A stretch of DNA of 64,000 nt from Acidobacteriota bacterium (GTDB lineage: Bacteria; Acidobacteriota; Vicinamibacteria; Vicinamibacterales; 2-12-FULL-66-21), in NCBI GenBank assembly GCA_031393955.1, contig JANMWI010000082.1, positions 26,064-90,063 of the forward strand. Reading direction: 5' to 3'. The position numbers and the translations under genes are program-made. Under the pieces are notes generated by a model, which had not been told where the DNA came from, made no database searches, and was given only the letters and a program-made list of their open reading frames with translations. Of the stretch, positions 30,059-39,209 are shown piece by piece (the stretch's first letter is position 1; each line of letters begins with the position of its first letter).

Positions 30059-31378
30059 ATGACCGGCGAACGGCGCGGCGTGCTCTGGACGAGTCCGTTC
30101 CAGGAATTCTTCCGGACGGAAGCGGCCGGTGGCGCGCTGCTGGTCGTCTGTGCCTGCGCGGCGCTGGCCCTGGCCAACTCGCCGTGGGCCGACGTCTATC
30201 AGTCGCTGTGGCGCACGCGCCTGATGCTGAGCGTCGGCAGCGGCCACGCCATCGACCTCGACCTCCATCAATGGATCAACGACGGTCTGATGGCGGTCTT
30301 TTTCCTGCTCGTCGGGCTCGAGATCAAGCGCGAAGTGCGGGCCGGCGAGCTCGCCTCGCCCCGCCAGGCGACCTTGCCGATTGCCGCCGCGCTCGGCGGC
30401 ATGCTGCTGCCGGCGCTGACCTACTCCCTGACCAACGGCGGCGGACTGGCGTCGCGCGGCTGGGCAATCCCGACCGCCACCGACATCGCCTTCGCGCTCG
30501 GGGTCCTGTCGCTCATCGCCCCCAATGCCCCCCGCGGCCTGAAGATCTTCCTTGCCGCGCTCGCGATTGTCGACGACATGGGCGCCGTCCTGATGATTGC
30601 GGTGTTTTACACCCGGGAGATCGCCTGGCATCCGCTCGGCGTGGCCGCGCTGATCCTCGTCGCGCTCGCGACGCTGAACCGGCTCCGCATCCGCAGCCTC
30701 TGGCCCTACCTGCTTCTGGGGCTCGGACTGTGGTTCTTCGTCCACGAGTCCGGCGTCCACGCGACCGTCGCCGGGGTGCTGCTCGCGTTGACGATTCCGA
30801 CGCGGACCCGTATCAACGCCGAGGAGTTTTCCGCCCGCGCGCGCGGCCTGCTCGATCACTTCGACCACACCGAGACCGGCGATTTGCTGGTGCTGACCAG
30901 CCGCGGCCAGCAGGACGCGATCGTCGGCCTCGAGCGCGCCAGCGAGGCGGTCACCGCGCCGTTGCTTCGCCTCGAGCACGCGCTCCACGCGTTCTCGGCC
31001 TACATCGTGATGCCGCTGTTCGCCTTTTCGAACGCCGGGGTCGCGCTTGGTGGCGGGGCGGCGCACGGCGATGTCACGCTGGCGGTGTTCCTCGGACTGG
31101 CCGCCGGCAAGCCGGTTGGCATCACCGTCGCCTCGTTCGCGGCGGTGCGGCTGCGGCTGGCGTCGCTGCCCGAGGGGGTGACGTGGACGCTGCTGCACGG
31201 CGCGGCGTGGCTCGGCGGCATCGGCTTCACGATGTCGCTGTTCATCGCCGGCCTGGCGTTCCAGGGCTCGGACCTGCTCGACTCCGCCAAGCTCGGCATC
31301 TTCGGCGGGTCGGTCGTGGCGGCCGTGGTCGGAGCCGTCGTCATTCACCGCAGCACGCGGCGGCGCGCGGCGGCCTGA
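30059..31378 (+). CDS. nhaA: Na+/H+ antiporter NhaA
   Basis: ORF 30059..31378. It carries FFRTEAAGGALLVVCACAALALANSPW and the signature WINDGLMAVFFLLVGLEIKRE. It is a multi-TM protein. Confidence 0.9.
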   Translation: MTGERRGVLWTSPFQEFFRTEAAGGALLVVCACAALALANSPWADVYQSLWRTRLMLSVGSGHAIDLDLHQWINDGLMAVFFLLVGLEIKREVRAGELASPRQATLPIAAALGGMLLPALTYSLTNGGGLASRGWAIPTATDIAFALGVLSLIAPNAPRGLKIFLAALAIVDDMGAVLMIAVFYTREIAWHPLGVAALILVALATLNRLRIRSLWPYLLLGLGLWFFVHESGVHATVAGVLLALTIPTRTRINAEEFSARARGLLDHFDHTETGDLLVLTSRGQQDAIVGLERASEAVTAPLLRLEHALHAFSAYIVMPLFAFSNAGVALGGGAAHGDVTLAVFLGLAAGKPVGITVASFAAVRLRLASLPEGVTWTLLHGAAWLGGIGFTMSLFIAGLAFQGSDLLDSAKLGIFGGSVVAAVVGAVVIHRSTRRRAAA

Positions 31379-31426
31379 CGCCGTCGCACGACGCTGGGCA
31401 CGCGCCGCGCTCGAGCAATTCGCCCC

Positions 31427-32758
31427 TCACTCGCGCCATTGACGACGTAGCGCAGCCATCGCGTCCCGATGCAGGCGATCGATCGCCGCGATGTCGGGCG
31501 CGTCGGGACAGGCGCTGCGAGCCCGCTGAGCGACGATTTCCGCCTGCCTGACGAGCGCCTGGCGATCGTCCTCGCGGCGGGTGCACGCGGCGAGGTCGCG
31601 GATCGCTTCGAGCAGCCGGCAGCTGACCGAGACGCTGGTTCGTCCGTAGCGGCTGATTTCATCGAACGCCGGATCGAGGAGCATCGCGAACGTCACCGGC
31701 GCGGCGACGACCCGCACGACGCCCTGGTCGTCGTAGCGGCTGGGCGGCGGGATGCGGCGGCCGGCGAGATGGCAGAACGCCTGCTCCAGCCGATCGATGC
31801 AGCTTCGCGCCGTCCCGGGATCGTTGATCCCCGGCGACAGTGCCCGCACCGCCAGTTCGACCAGCTGTTCGACGAAGAATCCGGCGTCCTGCGATCCGGT
31901 GCGGTCGGCGCCGACGATGTAGGCGTCGCGCAACGCCTCGTCGCAGACGTCCGGCGGCTGCGGCGCCGGCCAGAGCGAGGCGAGCGGCGTGCCGGGCCGG
32001 ACGAAGGTGCCGGGCCTGGCATCGATCCGGATCGTCAGGTTGCTCTCGCAGGCCAGCGTCATCAGCCGGGCGCTGTCGACCGCCTGCACGTAGCCGGTCG
32101 TCGTCGCACCCAGCGTGTGGACGGTCTGGTCATCCGGCGGCGCGCCGGGGCGGTCGACGTCGTCTCGTTCGGCGGGACCGTCGCCGATCGCTTCGGGGAA
32201 AATCCGCGTGATGGCGCTGCCGAGCTCGTCGGCGACGTTGGCGATCACCTGCGACGCCTGGATCGACGTCGCCACGTGATGGATGAAGAAGATCAGCACC
32301 GCCACGCTGAGCATCGCCAGGACCACGCCGACCGTGACCGCCAGATGCGGCACGAACTGGGAATCGTCGGTGCCGCGGACCGTGCGGAGGACCAGCAGGC
32401 AGTAGAGGAACGTCGAGATGAAGCTGCCGAGCACAATCTGGTTGCCGAGGTCGCGCAGGAAGTTGCGGAGCAGACGCGGACCGAACTGCTGGGAGGCGAG
32501 CGTCAGCGCGACGATCGTGATCGAGAAGGTCACGCCGGCGACGGTAATCATCGACGCCGCTATCGTCGACAGGACGGCGCGCGCCCCCTCCGGCCCGCCG
32601 GTATAGACCCACGACCAGCGATTCAGCAGATCGGCCGCGGCGGCTTCGTCGAGCTGGATGACGACGACCGACAGCACCAGCGCCACGAACGCCATCGCCG
32701 ACGGCACCACCCAGTAGGTCGCGCGCATCGACTCCCAGAACGCGCGCAGGCGGGTCAT
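31427..32758 (-). CDS. DUF2254 domain-containing membrane protein
   Basis: ORF 31427..32758. It carries WVVPSAMAFVALVLSVVVIQLD and LSTIAASMITVAGVTFSITIVALTLASQQFGPRLLRNFLRD, as in DUF2254. Confidence 0.75.
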   Translation of the reverse strand: MTRLRAFWESMRATYWVVPSAMAFVALVLSVVVIQLDEAAAADLLNRWSWVYTGGPEGARAVLSTIAASMITVAGVTFSITIVALTLASQQFGPRLLRNFLRDLGNQIVLGSFISTFLYCLLVLRTVRGTDDSQFVPHLAVTVGVVLAMLSVAVLIFFIHHVATSIQASQVIANVADELGSAITRIFPEAIGDGPAERDDVDRPGAPPDDQTVHTLGATTTGYVQAVDSARLMTLACESNLTIRIDARPGTFVRPGTPLASLWPAPQPPDVCDEALRDAYIVGADRTGSQDAGFFVEQLVELAVRALSPGINDPGTARSCIDRLEQAFCHLAGRRIPPPSRYDDQGVVRVVAAPVTFAMLLDPAFDEISRYGRTSVSVSCRLLEAIRDLAACTRREDDRQALVRQAEIVAQRARSACPDAPDIAAIDRLHRDAMAALRRQWRE

Positions 32759-32963
32759 GCGCCCGCCACCGCGCCCGCTCCACGGAAGGGCGGCGTGCCC
32801 CGGTCATTCGTGGCCGGTTGCCGGGCGCTCCGATCTCGTCGGGTCATGCCTGCAGTATGCCGCCCGGCGGACCATCGACTCAAATGGCGTCCGGTTCGCG
32901 GCCGGGCGCCCGGGCGCGGCGCGTCGGGCTTGAAACCCACTTCTGAAACCAGCATCCTGAGGG

Positions 32964-34022
32964 ATGCGCGCACTCGCGGTCACTCCCGGTCAGGCGGACT
33001 CGCTCCAGCTGATCGACGCTCCCGAACCGGCCGCCGCCGACGGCAGCCTGCTCGTCGCGACGATCGCGATCGGCATCTGCGGCACCGACGCCGAGATTGC
33101 CGCCGGGCGATACGGCTGGCCGCCGCCCGGCCGGCCGCGCCTGATCATCGGCCACGAATCGATCGGCAGGGTGCTCGAGGCGCCCCCCGGATCCGGCTTC
33201 GCGCCCGGCGATCTCGTCGTCGGCATCGTGCGGCGCCCGGACCCGGTGCCGTGCGCCTACTGCGCGGTCGGCGAATGGGACATGTGCCGCAACGGCCAGT
33301 ACACCGAGCGCGGCATCAAGGAACGGGATGGATACGGTGCCGAGCGCTTTCGTGTCGAGCCGGCGTTCGCCGTCAAGGTCGATACCGGCCTCGGCCACCT
33401 CGGCGTGCTGCTCGAGCCGGCCAGCGTCGTCGCCAAGGCGTGGGACCATGCCGAGCAGATCGGCCGGCGGTCCGCAGCCTGGGCGCCGCGCACCGTGCTG
33501 GTCACCGGCGCCGGACCGGTTGGACTGCTGGCGGCGCTGATCGGCCGCCAGCGCGGCCTTGCCGTCCACGTCTTCGACCGTCTCACCGACGGGCCGAAGC
33601 CGCGGCTGGTCGCCGACCTCGGCGCCACCTACCACGGCGGCGACCTCGACGAGATTGCCTCGCTCGCGCCCGACATCATCATCGAATGCACCGGCGCCAC
33701 GCCGGTCATTGCGGACGTCGTCAGCCGCAGCGCGCCGTCGGGCATCGTCTGTCTGGCCGGGGTGTCGTCGGGCGGGCACACCCTCCGCCTGGATCTCGGC
33801 GACATCAATCGCCGCATGGTCCTCGAGAACGACGTCGTCTTCGGCTCGGTCAACGCCAACCGCGCCCACTACGAGGCCGCCGCGCGGGCGCTCGCCGCCG
33901 CGGATCGCGACTGGCTGGCGCGCCTGATCACGCGCCGCGTCAGGCTGGACGACTGGCGGAGCGCGCTCCGGCATGATCCGGACGATGTCAAGGTGATCGT
34001 CGACTTCGAGCCGCGCGCATGA
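32964..34022 (+). CDS. zinc-dependent MDR-family dehydrogenase, glucose 1-dehydrogenase-like
   Basis: ORF 32964..34022. Motifs are GICGTDAEI, GHESIG, the Cys cluster PCAYCAVGEWDMC and the NAD motif VLVTGAGPVGLL. Confidence 0.7.
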   Translation: MRALAVTPGQADSLQLIDAPEPAAADGSLLVATIAIGICGTDAEIAAGRYGWPPPGRPRLIIGHESIGRVLEAPPGSGFAPGDLVVGIVRRPDPVPCAYCAVGEWDMCRNGQYTERGIKERDGYGAERFRVEPAFAVKVDTGLGHLGVLLEPASVVAKAWDHAEQIGRRSAAWAPRTVLVTGAGPVGLLAALIGRQRGLAVHVFDRLTDGPKPRLVADLGATYHGGDLDEIASLAPDIIIECTGATPVIADVVSRSAPSGIVCLAGVSSGGHTLRLDLGDINRRMVLENDVVFGSVNANRAHYEAAARALAAADRDWLARLITRRVRLDDWRSALRHDPDDVKVIVDFEPRA

Positions 34023-35812
34023 GTACGCCGCTCGAGGACTACGCGATCATTGGCGATTGCGAGACGGTGGCGCTGGTCTCGCGCCGCGGCTCGATTGACT
34101 GGCTCTGCTGGCCGCGCTTCGATTCAGGCGCCTGCTTTGCGGCGCTGCTCGGCACGTCCGAACACGGTCGCTGGCTGATCGAGGCGGTCGACGCGGCGGC
34201 CCGGGTGACGCGGCGCTATCGCGGCGACACGCTCATCCTCGAGACCGCGATCGCGACCGACGCGGGAGACGCCACCGTCATCGACTTCATGCCGCTGCGC
34301 GGCCGTAATTCGGACATCGTCCGAATGGTCCGCGGCGACCGCGGCCGGGTGGCGATGCGCTCAGAGCTGATCCTACGCTTCGACTACGGTTACAGCGTGC
34401 CGTGGGTCAGCCGGCTGGACGACGGGACGGTGCGCGCGATCGCCGGCCCCGACATGGTGACCCTCCGCTCGCCGGTGCGGCAGCATGGCGAAGGGCTGAC
34501 CACGCGGGCCGAGTTCGCGGTCGTCGCCGGAGCGGTCGTGCCGTTCGTCCTCACCCACGGCGGGTCGCACCTCGCGCCGCCCGCCGAGATCGATCCGGTC
34601 GCGTCGCTCGACCACACCGAGACGTTCTGGACCGAGTGGGTGAGCCGGAGCCAGACGCAGGGGGTGTGGGCGGACGCGGTCAAGCGGTCGCTGATTACGC
34701 TCAAAGCCCTGACCTACGCGCCGACTGGCGGCATCGTTGCCGCACCGACCACCTCGCTGCCCGAGCAGCTCGGCGGATCGCGCAACTGGGATTACCGGTT
34801 CTGCTGGCTGCGGGATGCGACCCTGACGCTGCTGGCGCTCATGAACGCGGGCTGCTACAGCGAGGCGCACGCCTGGCGGGACTGGCTGTTGCGCGCCGCC
34901 GCCGGCGCGCCCGGCCAGCTCCAGATCATGTACGGCCTGGCAGGGGAACGCCGCCTGCCCGAGGCCGAGGTGCCGTGGCTGCCCGGCTACGAAGGGTCGC
35001 GCCCGGTCCGCACCGGCAACGCCGCCCACGGCCAGCTGCAGCTCGACGTCTTCGGCGAGGTGATGGACGCGCTTCACCAGGCGGTGCGCGGCGGCATCGA
35101 GTCGAACGAGGCGTCGTGGGCGTTTCAGTGCCAGATGCTCGAGCACCTGATGACGGTGTGGCAGCAGCCCGACCAGGGCATCTGGGAAGTGCGCGGCAGC
35201 GCGCGGTGTTTCACCTATTCGCGCGTCATGGCCTGGGTCGCGTTCGACCGGGGCATCCAGGGGGTCGAGAAGTTCGGCCTGGACGGGCCGGTCGACCGGT
35301 GGCGCGCCGTCCGCGGCGCCATCCACGACGAGGTCTGCGCCCGCGGCTTTAATCGCGAGCTGGGCTGCTTCGTGCAGTCGTACGGTTCGACCGAGCTCGA
35401 CGCCAGCCTGCTGCTGCTGCCGACGGTTGGCTTCCTGCCGGTCACCGATCCGCGGATTCACGGCACCATCGAGGCGGTCGAGAAGCGGCTGTTCGTCGAC
35501 GGCTTCCTGCTGCGCTACGACACGCGCAGCGGCGCCGACGGATTGCCCGGCGGCGAAGGGGCGTTCCTGGCCTGCAGCTTCTGGCTGGCCGACGCTTATG
35601 TCCTGATGGGCCGGATCGACGACGCCCGGCGGCTGTTCGAACGGTTGCTGACGCTCTGCAACGACGTCGGCCTGCTGTCGGAGGAATACGATACCGGGGC
35701 GCGGCGGCTGATCGGCAATTTCCCGCAGGCGTTCTCCCACATCGCGCTCATCAACACCGCGCACAATCTGGCGCGGGCGACCAAGCCCGCCGAGCAGCGA
35801 TCGGCCTCGTGA
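34019..35812 (+). CDS. glycoside hydrolase family 15 protein (glucoamylase/trehalase-like)
   Basis: ORF 34019..35812. Its ATG overlaps the previous stop (ATGA). The N-terminus LEDYAIIGDCETVALVSRRGSIDWLCWPRFDSGACFAALLG and the motif NWDYRFCWLRDA are typical of bacterial GH15. Confidence 0.85.
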   Translation: MSTPLEDYAIIGDCETVALVSRRGSIDWLCWPRFDSGACFAALLGTSEHGRWLIEAVDAAARVTRRYRGDTLILETAIATDAGDATVIDFMPLRGRNSDIVRMVRGDRGRVAMRSELILRFDYGYSVPWVSRLDDGTVRAIAGPDMVTLRSPVRQHGEGLTTRAEFAVVAGAVVPFVLTHGGSHLAPPAEIDPVASLDHTETFWTEWVSRSQTQGVWADAVKRSLITLKALTYAPTGGIVAAPTTSLPEQLGGSRNWDYRFCWLRDATLTLLALMNAGCYSEAHAWRDWLLRAAAGAPGQLQIMYGLAGERRLPEAEVPWLPGYEGSRPVRTGNAAHGQLQLDVFGEVMDALHQAVRGGIESNEASWAFQCQMLEHLMTVWQQPDQGIWEVRGSARCFTYSRVMAWVAFDRGIQGVEKFGLDGPVDRWRAVRGAIHDEVCARGFNRELGCFVQSYGSTELDASLLLLPTVGFLPVTDPRIHGTIEAVEKRLFVDGFLLRYDTRSGADGLPGGEGAFLACSFWLADAYVLMGRIDDARRLFERLLTLCNDVGLLSEEYDTGARRLIGNFPQAFSHIALINTAHNLARATKPAEQRSAS

Positions 35813-37086
35813 CGGTCTTCGAGGTCGCCGCCGTCCTGATGGCGATCGCCGCGGCATCCGGGTACGTCAATTACCGGTTCCTGCGCCTGCCGCCGACCAG
35901 CGGCACGCTGTTCGTGGCCCTGGTCAGCTCCGTGGCGGTGGTGCTGATCCAGCGGATCGCGCCCGGGCTCGAGCTGCGCCTCGTCGTCGAGCAGTTTCTC
36001 GGCCAGATCGACTTCGATCAGACCCTCATGCACGGGTTGCTGTGCTTCCTGCTGTTCGCGGGCGCACTTCACGTCGACCTCGGCGGCCTGGTCGATCACC
36101 GCTGGACGATCGGCGCGCTGGCGACGGTCGGCGTCGTGATCTCGGTGGTCGTCGTCGGGCTGCTGACCTACGTGCTGTTCGGGCTGACCAGCGTCAACCT
36201 CAGCCTGGCGGTCTGCTTCACGTTCGGCGCGCTGATCGCGCCGACCGATCCGATTGCCGTGATCGGGCTGTTGAAGGAGCTTCGCGCGCCGGCCAGCCTC
36301 GAGGCGCAGATTGCCGGCGAGTCTCTGTTCAACGACGGCGTCGGGGTCGTCGTCTTTCTCGGCCTCGCCTCGATGGCCCATCTGTCGTCGGCGGTGCCGG
36401 GTGAAGCGACCGGGATCGACCTGCAGGCGCTGGCGCGCTTCGCGTTCCGTGAAGTCGCCGGCGGCATCGCGCTCGGCCTGGCGCTCGGCTACGTCGGTTA
36501 CCGCGCGCTCAAGAGCATCGACGACCATCCGCTCGAGCTGCTGATCACGCTGGCGCTGGTGATGTTCCTCTACGCGCTGTCGTTCTGGGTCCACGTCTCG
36601 GGACCGATTGCCGTGGTCGTCGCCGGCCTGCTGATCGGCAACCAGGGCCGCCGCCTGGCGATGAGCGACCGGACGCGCGAGCACGTCGACGCCTTCTGGA
36701 GCATGATCGACGAGATCCTGAACGCCGTGCTGTTCCTGCTGCTCGGGCTGGAGGTGTTTGCCGTCCACGACTGGCTGCACGTGCTGCTGCCGGCGATCCT
36801 GACGGTGCCGATTTGCCTGGTCGCCCGGTTCGTCTCGGTGGCGATCCCGGTGACGGCGATGAACGCGCGCGGCGCCTTCCGCCGCGGGCTGGTGCCGGTC
36901 CTGACGTGGAGTGGGTTGCGCGGCGGGATTTCGATCGCCCTGGTCCTGTCGCTGCCGCAGTTCCCCGGCAAGGAGGTGCTGCTCGCCAGTACCTACGCCG
37001 TGGTGGTGTTCTCAGTCCTGGTGCAGGGACTGACGGTACGGCGGCTGCTGCGCTACTACAAAATCGGCGAACACGCGGCGGACTAG
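35809..37086 (+). CDS. cation:proton antiporter (CPA1, Na+/H+ exchanger family)
   Basis: ORF 35809..37086. Its GTG overlaps the GH15 stop (GTGA). It is multi-TM, with [30 protein letters not shown] and [17 protein letters not shown]. Confidence 0.8.
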   Translation: MTVFEVAAVLMAIAAASGYVNYRFLRLPPTSGTLFVALVSSVAVVLIQRIAPGLELRLVVEQFLGQIDFDQTLMHGLLCFLLFAGALHVDLGGLVDHRWTIGALATVGVVISVVVVGLLTYVLFGLTSVNLSLAVCFTFGALIAPTDPIAVIGLLKELRAPASLEAQIAGESLFNDGVGVVVFLGLASMAHLSSAVPGEATGIDLQALARFAFREVAGGIALGLALGYVGYRALKSIDDHPLELLITLALVMFLYALSFWVHVSGPIAVVVAGLLIGNQGRRLAMSDRTREHVDAFWSMIDEILNAVLFLLLGLEVFAVHDWLHVLLPAILTVPICLVARFVSVAIPVTAMNARGAFRRGLVPVLTWSGLRGGISIALVLSLPQFPGKEVLLASTYAVVVFSVLVQGLTVRRLLRYYKIGEHAAD

Positions 37087-37743
37087 CGCCTGTTCCGTCG
37101 CTGACGGAGGCCCGCCGATCGACGCCTTGCGCGCGCCCGGCGCGTGGCGCGCCGCCATCCACGGCCACTCCCGGCGCTCGAGCTCGCGATCCCTCCGCCA
37201 GACGTAGTCCCACGCCGGCGGCGCGTCCTGGTTGCGGATGAACCGCGCCAGCCGGCGCCGCACCATCGTCAGGTACGCAGTGCCGTACTCGTCGCCGGCG
37301 GCCGAGATGCCGCGGTGGTAGGCGCGGATGGCGAGGTCGAGATCGCCGTCCGCCTCGTCCAGCATCAGCGACATCCACAGCGCCACGAAGCGCGTCGCCC
37401 GCCACGGGTTGTAGTAGTCGTCATCGTCCAGGTGCACGTCGGCCAGCCCTTTGCCGTAGAGCTGGCGCAGCCGCTCGCGCGCGTAGTCGGACGATCCGCC
37501 GAGGCCGATATCGCGGCTGCCGTCGGGATTGTTCAGCAGGCCGCGATGGTTGAACCAGGATTCGGTCATGACGATCGCCGAGAGCGCGTCGGCCACCGTG
37601 CCCGGCGGCAGGTCGTACTTGGCGCCGACGTTGTCGTAGCCGGACCAGTAGGCGACCATGTGCCGGTAGGCGATCGTCCGGACCGGTTGCGGAACGTGAT
37701 CCCAGTCCTCCGCCTGCATGTCGTCCCAGACATGCGGACTCAT
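37012..37743 (-). CDS. lytic-transglycosylase (SLT)-like domain protein, probably the 3' two-thirds of a frameshifted gene
   Basis: ORF 37012..37743. Motifs are [21 protein letters not shown] and AIRAYHRG. No SD precedes ATG 37743, and the frame stays open upstream (...[21 protein letters not shown]). Confidence 0.6.
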   Translation of the reverse strand: MSPHVWDDMQAEDWDHVPQPVRTIAYRHMVAYWSGYDNVGAKYDLPPGTVADALSAIVMTESWFNHRGLLNNPDGSRDIGLGGSSDYARERLRQLYGKGLADVHLDDDDYYNPWRATRFVALWMSLMLDEADGDLDLAIRAYHRGISAAGDEYGTAYLTMVRRRLARFIRNQDAPPAWDYVWRRDRELERREWPWMAARHAPGARKASIGGPPSATEQALVRRVFADFVVAQQPPYRQSLHQD

Positions 37744-38122
37744 CAGGAAGCGGTGATTCCTGGCGAGCAGCCGGTCGAGTCCCTCCTCGCGCAGACCTGA
37801 GGGAAACCGAATTCCAGTCGGCCAGGTGCATCCGGCTCCACAGCGTCGCGTTGAGGCGGACGTCGTCGGCGGTGACCTGCCACAGCACGCTGCCGTCGGT
37901 GCCGGGATGGACGATCGTGACCGGCGTCGCGTCGACGAACACGGCCGGCACGTCGATGGACCGGGCCAGCGGCACTGTCGTGTCCAGCGAGCGGCGCCTC
38001 CAGCGTACGCCGGCGGCCGACCCGGCGGCGAGCACGAGGAGGACCGCGACGCCCGTGACGAGTGGCAGCCGGATGTGCCTGGACGGTGCCGGGGGCGAGC
38101 TGGCGGCGAGGGAATGCGTCAC
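37421..38122 (-). CDS. membrane-anchored N-terminal ORF, probable 5' part of the SLT-like gene
   Basis: ORF 37421..38122. Only the first ~105 codons (38122 down to ~37806) look protein-like ([38 protein letters not shown]...[28 protein letters not shown]). The rest is Arg-rich out-of-frame sequence overlapping ORF 37012..37743. Confidence 0.45.
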   Translation of the reverse strand: MTHSLAASSPPAPSRHIRLPLVTGVAVLLVLAAGSAAGVRWRRRSLDTTVPLARSIDVPAVFVDATPVTIVHPGTDGSVLWQVTADDVRLNATLWSRMHLADWNSVSLRSARGGTRPAARQESPLPDESACLGRHAGGGLGSRSATGPDDRLPAHGRLLVRLRQRRRQVRPAAGHGGRRALGDRHDRILVQPSRPAEQSRRQPRYRPRRIVRLRARAAAPALRQRAGRRAPGR

Positions 38123-38161
38123 CGCCGTTGACCAGCGCCGCGCGCCGCGCGCTGCCCGTCG

Positions 38162-38524
38162 TCATTCATCGCGGTGGACCGTGTCGGGCGAGAACGCCGG
38201 GACGCAGACCGCGATGTACTCCGCGCCGTCAGGCTCGGGCGTGCTGTAACGGACCCATTCGCCCGGCCGCGTGACGATCGCCTGGCCGGCGCGCACGTCA
38301 AGGGTGCCCGCCTCGCTCTCGACCCGCAGCAGGCCGCGCAGCACGACGGTGACCTCCTCGAAGTCGGGCCGCTGGCCGGGCTCGAGCCAGCCGCCCGGAG
38401 ACGTCATTCGCGCGACGCTGACCGCGGCATGGCCGGAGTTCACACGGCCGGCGTACTCTTCGATGCGCTTGGGCTTGTTGCCCGCGGCAGTGATGATCGA
38501 CGGGGCGGCAATCAGCGTGGGCAT
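38162..38524 (-). CDS. cupin domain protein
   Basis: ORF 38162..38524. It is small, with a beta-barrel-type sequence (GGWLEPGQRPDFEEVTVVLRGLLRVESEAGTLDVRAGQAIVTRPGEWVRYS). Confidence 0.7.
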   Translation of the reverse strand: MPTLIAAPSIITAAGNKPKRIEEYAGRVNSGHAAVSVARMTSPGGWLEPGQRPDFEEVTVVLRGLLRVESEAGTLDVRAGQAIVTRPGEWVRYSTPEPDGAEYIAVCVPAFSPDTVHRDE

Positions 38525-38561
38525 GGGGCCGCAGGCATTGTGGGCCGCTCCGGAGCGGGCG

Positions 38562-39131
38562 TCAACGGGAGGCAGGCGCGGGGTTATCGCCGCCGCCAGG
38601 CAGTGCCTCCCGCCAGTAGCGGATCGTCTCGACGGTGACCCGGCCCCGGCCGGCGGCGCCGGCGATGTCGGTCAGCAGGCATCGCTGCAGCGCGGCGGCG
38701 TCCGCGGTCAGCCCGAGCGCCGCCAGGCTGTGCAGGATGCGTGTCAGGCGAAGGTGATTGTGGTCGCCCGGCCACAGCCAGTCCGCCGCGCGATCGGCGA
38801 ACGTCTGCTGGTCGGGGACGATGCGCGGGACGCCCGAGAGAAGGTCGCGGTGGAGTCCATAGAACGACAGCATCCGTTCGAGCGACTGGCTGAGCGCGTC
38901 GCGCAGTTCGGGCCGGGCGGCAAACGCGGCACGGGTCGCGTCCGACACGAGCGGGGCGTGCCGGTTGACGCCGCTCGGCGCGGCGGTGGGAAAGACCCAC
39001 TGGATGTAATCGTGGACCATCTCGAGCGACTCGTCCGGCCACGCCAGGATCTGCGCGAGCGTCCGGCCGCGGTGGTCGGTGCCGCCCCCATAGAAAGCGA
39101 CGATCGGGTCGTCTGCGCTACCAGGTGTCAT
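38562..39131 (-). CDS. opioid growth factor receptor (OGFr) conserved-region-like protein
   Basis: ORF 38562..39131. FYGGGTDHRGRTLAQILAWPDESLEMVHDYIQWVFP and NHLRLTRIL resemble bacterial OGFr_N homologues as I recall them. Confidence 0.6.
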   Translation of the reverse strand: MTPGSADDPIVAFYGGGTDHRGRTLAQILAWPDESLEMVHDYIQWVFPTAAPSGVNRHAPLVSDATRAAFAARPELRDALSQSLERMLSFYGLHRDLLSGVPRIVPDQQTFADRAADWLWPGDHNHLRLTRILHSLAALGLTADAAALQRCLLTDIAGAAGRGRVTVETIRYWREALPGGGDNPAPASR

Positions 39132-39209
39132 TCGAGTTGCCGCATCTTACCCGAGACGCCCGGCTCGCTGTGCTGTCGCGGTGCGGGTGAACCGGGTAGA
39201 CTCCTGCGT

